Source of the DNA: Octopus vulgaris
Lineage: Eukaryota
Assembly: GCA_951406725.2 (NCBI GenBank)
Contig: OX597835.1
Span: 15,624,001 to 15,688,000 of the forward strand
Direction of reading: 5' to 3'
Length of the DNA: 64,000 nt
The notes below the pieces were generated by a model that ran no database searches, was not told the DNA's origin, and saw only the letters and a list, made by a program, of their open reading frames with translations. Below, one piece after another: positions 62,100-64,000 of the stretch. How positions within the stretch are numbered: position 1 is the stretch's first letter; every line of letters begins with the position of its first letter. A program made the translations under genes and the position numbers.

Positions 62100-62300
62100 A
62101 CAGTTTCAGTATATGGTCATGAGATGAGAATGTCACAGAAAATAATCACATGATGGATTCTTCAAGCTGAGCTAACTGGCAAGGAAGACAGGGGTACGCC
62201 AAGAACAAGATGGCAGGATAATATCTATAGTCTCAAATGTTCATGTTTGGAAACCCAGCAGGAAAGTGTAATGATGGTTGCCTCTGACAGAACCCTTTGG
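62100..62300 (+). mobile_element. Old RTE-type LINE C-terminal relic
   Basis: YGHEMRM...GKEDRGTPRTRWQDNI with an internal stop. Confidence 0.6.
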
Positions 62301-62504
62301 AAGAAAGGAAGATGCCTGAGGAATCAACTTCCCAGGAATAGTGAAGGGTGAAGAAGTATGAAATTTTCAGGCTCTTCTGAGGACTTTAACTTTTTTTTTT
62401 TATTACTTATGTCACAAATGTTTTCAGTTAAAATTTTTTATTACACTTTTAATCGGAATTTAGAAACTGGAAATAAATAATTAATAAAATGTCTTATATT
62501 TCAG

Positions 62505-62583
62505 ATTGAACATTTGAAGCAATGCTCTGAAATTGCCACTACACGTGCTAACAATTGGCAGCTGTTTTGCCAGAAGGAAACTG
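62505..62583 (+). CDS. UBR4: UBR4 exon 37 (IEHLKQCSEIATTRANNWQLFCQKET)
   Basis: AG/GTAAGA, phase 0/1. Confidence 0.94.
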
Positions 62584-63126
62584 GTAAGAGTTTTCCCAAG
62601 ATTTCTTTTGTAGTTGTGTCAGATGTTCTTCAAGTGACTTAATACAGTAAACCCTAAAATAGTTGTCTGTACTGAGAGTAATCTTATAGTTTTTATACGA
62701 GAACAGGGAAACCATAACTCTTTAGCATTCAGATTGCTTTGTCAAATGCAATGCTTATTTAGTCACACTGTTTTGAACTAACCACACATTATCAATGGTG
62801 CGTTTGTATATTTTTAGAATGACATTGTCGGGTAAGTGCGAGAGGCCTGATCTGGTCAGTTTTAACATAAAGCCAGTAGAATATTTGGGCTGGATATGAT
62901 CAGATTATAAGCTAAAAGGTTAAAGGTTTGCACTTGTGTTAGATATTCTTCATGCAATCTAGTATATTTAAAGTTAAATTTTACATGGCTATCTGCACTG
63001 AGAGTAATCTTCCAGTGTTTATATGATAATAGTGAAACCCTCATAGTATTCCACATCTGCCTTCAATATAAGGTGCTCGTTCTCTGACACTGAAGGTATC
63101 CTTAGCAATGTTAATATACTAATTAA

Positions 63127-63410
63127 AAAGCACCATCCGAACGTGGCCGATGCCAGCGCCGCCTTGACTGGCTTCTGTGCTGGTGGCATGTAAAAAGTAC
63201 CAATCTAATCGTGGCCGTTGCCAGCCTCGCCTGGCACGTAAAAAGCACCCACTACACTCACGGAGTGGTTGGCGATAGGAAGGGCATCCAGCTGTAGAAA
63301 CACTGCCAGATCAGACTGGAGCCTGGTGCAGCCTTCTGGCTTCCCAGATCCCCGGTCGAACCGTCCAACCCATGCTAGCATGGAAAACAGACGTTAAACG
63401 ATGATGATGA
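63127..63410 (+). mobile_element. RTE 3'UTR-type repeat (others at about 42200, 49140, 51222, 56060, 57490, 58710)
   Basis: Shared tail and (GAT)n end. Confidence 0.8.
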
Positions 63411-63685
63411 AGCCCAGGTGTGGCTGTGTGATTGAGAAGCTTACTTCCCAGTTGTGTGGTCTTGTGTTCAGCCCCACTGTGTGGCCCCTTGTAGAAACCT
63501 TGCCAGATCAGATTGGAGCTTGGTGTAGCCTCCCGGCTTGCTAGTCCTCAGTGAAACCATCCAACCCACGCCAGCATGGAAAGCAGACGTTAAACGACGT
63601 AAGATGATGAAACTAACATACAAACTGACACAGATGAAGAACGTAGACAGTAAATTTGTCATGTTGTGTGTTTGTTTCTTTGCAG

Positions 63686-63874
63686 ATATCCTTGTGTTTT
63701 TGATGAAAGCAAGCATCATGCTTGATGAAGGTGTTGCCCCTGTCTTGCTACAGCTGCTCCAGTCAGCTGTGTGTGGCTCAAAGATAACTCAGCTAGCAGG
63801 TTCAAGTTCTAATAGCTGTGGATCTCCTACTAAGCGCAAGAAAGAAAAAGATTCTGCACCTAATATGAATACAG
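63686..63874 (+). CDS. UBR4: UBR4 exon 38 (LDEGVAPVLLQLLQSAVCGSK...); gene continues beyond the window
   Basis: AG/GT, phase 1/1, conserved DEGV.PVLLQLL..A.CGSK. Confidence 0.94.
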
Positions 63875-64000
63875 GTAATTAAATATTATGGTAATTAATA
63901 CATGGGGTCATTGCTTAACCTTTTTGTTACCTTACACAGATACAAACCATGCTATCTCTATAAATAAAATGAGCTGTTATAATGTTGATTTTATATATAT

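Overview
AT-rich eukaryotic genomic DNA. The repeat families (tRNA-derived SINEs, RTE 3' tails ending in (GAT)n, TTAA-flanked MITEs) point to an Octopus/coleoid cephalopod genome; this is an inference. The whole window lies inside one + strand gene, the giant N-degron E3/E4 ligase UBR4 (p600/poe). I reconstructed 38 internal GT-AG exons (4,729 nt, about 1,576 codons, phases consistent throughout) covering the beta-propeller/DOC-like middle region, a UIM-like motif and the following helical repeats. The start and stop codons lie outside the window. Introns contain RTE, CR1 and Penelope-like fragments, three SINE families, mariner relics, piggyBac-, Tc1- and Merlin-like MITEs, two non-autonomous Helitrons, a 5S rRNA pseudogene and a tRNA-Lys pseudogene. 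The most interesting unexplained signals are: a pri-miRNA-like hairpin in a 16.8-kb intron; several unique intronic fold-backs whose mismatches are mostly G-U pairs on the sense strand; minimal hammerhead-ribozyme motifs; and an exon that begins with a perfect 5' splice site (recursive/RS-exon candidate) next to a putative poison exon. All homology calls are by eye from remembered sequences; no search or folding program was run.
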